A DNA stretch of 64,000 nt, from the NCBI GenBank assembly GCA_038087875.1, contig CM075989.1, positions 13,144,001 through 13,208,000 on the forward strand. The letters are read 5' to 3'. Position 1 is the first letter of the stretch; the number at the start of each line of letters is the position of its first letter. The position numbers and the translations under genes were made by a program. Under the pieces are notes generated by a model. The model searched no databases. It had not been told where the DNA came from and saw nothing but the letters and a program-made list of their open reading frames with translations. Of the stretch, positions 62,549-64,000 are shown piece by piece. The stretch comes from Malacoraja senta. Taxonomy: Eukaryota.

Positions 62549-62917
62549 AGGGCCTGTCCCACTTTCCCGAGTTATTCACGAATTCTCCTGAGTTATTCAC
62601 GAATTCTCCCGAGTTTTCAAACTCGCAGAATGTTCGTAACGAGTCCGTAGGAGTCCGTGGATATATCGTAGCGGCTCGTTATGCCAGCCGTAGGTACTCG
62701 GGGCTATTTTTTTACTCATGGACATTTTTCATCATGCTGGAAAAAAAGTCCCGACTTACCGGATGCCCCGAGTACCTACGGCTGGCATAACGAGCCGCTA
62801 CGATATATCCACGGATTCCTACGGCCTCCTACGGATTCTGCGAGTTTGAAAACTCAGGAGAATTCGTGAATAACCTAGGATAATTCGTGAATAACTCGGG
62901 AAAGTTGGTCAGGCCCT
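62549..62917. mobile_element. Harbinger-type MITE, largely palindromic
   Basis: AGGGCCTGTCCCACTTTCCCGAGTTATTCACGAATT...AATTCGTGAATAACTCGGGAAAGTTGGTCAGGCCCT+tta. Confidence 0.8.
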
Positions 62918-63014
62918 TTAGGATGATATCCTTTTATGTCTTGCCTTTTTAAGGTGTTTATCTAAACATCTCTTAAACGTAGTGATTGTAGCTGATTCTG
63001 CATTTCCTCTTCCA

Positions 63015-63866
63015 AATCCAGTGGCGCTGGACATCCAGTGGCGCTGTTTACTGGCTGCCTCCGCCTTGAGTCTGGTATCTTTTTTATTTTTTGTTATGGT
63101 TAAAGTATGTTCTTTAGATTTTGTTTGTGTTTTATGTGGGGGGAAGAGGGTATGGTAAGGGGGAAACCGTCCTTCAGTCACTTCCTGGCGAGGATGCGTC
63201 TTTTATCCGAGTCGCGCCCTCGTCCCCCTCCTCGCGGCCTACCAACTGGATTGGCGCGGTCTTTCCTGCCGGGACCATCCGGAGCTTCAGCAACAGCGGC
63301 GCAGCGCTGGATACATCGCGGAGCGGACGATGCCTCACCTGGGATCGCCGTTTGAGGCTCTGGAGTATTGGGCCTGCTGCATCAACATCGCGGAGCTGTG
63401 GTTCGCGGAGCTCCCAACGCGGGCGGCGCTGACTAACATCGCGGAGTCCTGGGACCCTTTGCCGGGGGCCGCCAGCGTGAATCTGCTCCCAGCTCGGCCT
63501 GTGGACTTCGGGAGCCGTGGGAGGTGGCCGATTCAGAGGTCCAGGCAGCTGAGGATGTCTTACCTTTCGACGTCGGGGTTCCATCGTTCCCGGCGAGAGG
63601 GCCTGAACATCGGGCCGCCCGTAGCGGGGGGCTCGGGAGGCCCCGAACACGGGTGAACATTGGGGAACATCAGCGAGGAGGTTAACTGGACTTTGGTTCC
63701 TTCCCTCACAGTGGGGTACTTTGGTGCCGTTGTGGGGATGTTTGTGTTGTGGACTACTGTATTCTGTGTTTTGTGTTTTTTTTATTTGTATGACTGTAAG
63801 GAAAATAGTATTTCGTATCTCTTAATGGAAGACAATGACAATAAATTGAATCCATCCAAATCCAAA
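63015..63866 (+). mobile_element. GC-rich non-coding retroelement with Rex1-like tail, copy 2
   Basis: Colinear with 34770-35590; atgacaataaa + (atccaa)n tail. Confidence 0.65.
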
Positions 63867-64000
63867 TGAAGGGTCTCAAACCAAAATGTAGACTGTCCAT
63901 TTCTCTCCACAGACGAGGTTCGGTAGTTTGTTTTTCTTCCCATTTCCAACATCTGCAGGGTTTTGTGTCTCCCGATAAAATCGGCAGTCTGTGTACAAGA

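Noticed and set aside
62560-62910. CRISPR-like repeat array
   Set aside because: Eukaryotic context; the repeats are subterminal repeats of a palindromic MITE with no unique spacers

Overview
Vertebrate genomic DNA, most likely a cartilaginous fish (skate/ray), judged from its V-SINE/HE1-like SINEs, CR1/HER1-like LINEs and Penelope repeats. Three partial genes lie on the + strand. (1) The last seven coding exons of SPPL2A (513-13162), with YD, GxGD and QPALLY motifs and the stop codon. (2) The 5' end of TRPM7: a CpG-island exon 1 ending in ATG|gt at 25256 and exon 2 at 51379-51458. (3) After a 200-N scaffold gap (56146-56345), the last two coding exons of SQOR (57510-57688, 61264-61321). The rest is intron/intergenic DNA dense in transposons: a near-intact Passport-like Tc1 element, a Helitron, two ISL2EU-like THAP elements, Harbinger MITEs, Penelope elements with hammerhead-ribozyme cores, CR1/Rex1/L1/L2 fragments, SINEs and a probable solo LTR. 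The most interesting observations are a DNA transposon carrying a Spindlin (Spin/Ssty)-like domain inserted against the TRPM7 promoter, a three-uORF TRPM7 leader including a CDS-overlapping uORF, and candidate alternative N-terminal exons in TRPM7 intron 1. All family and orthology calls come from reading the sequence and from recalled protein motifs; no searches were run.
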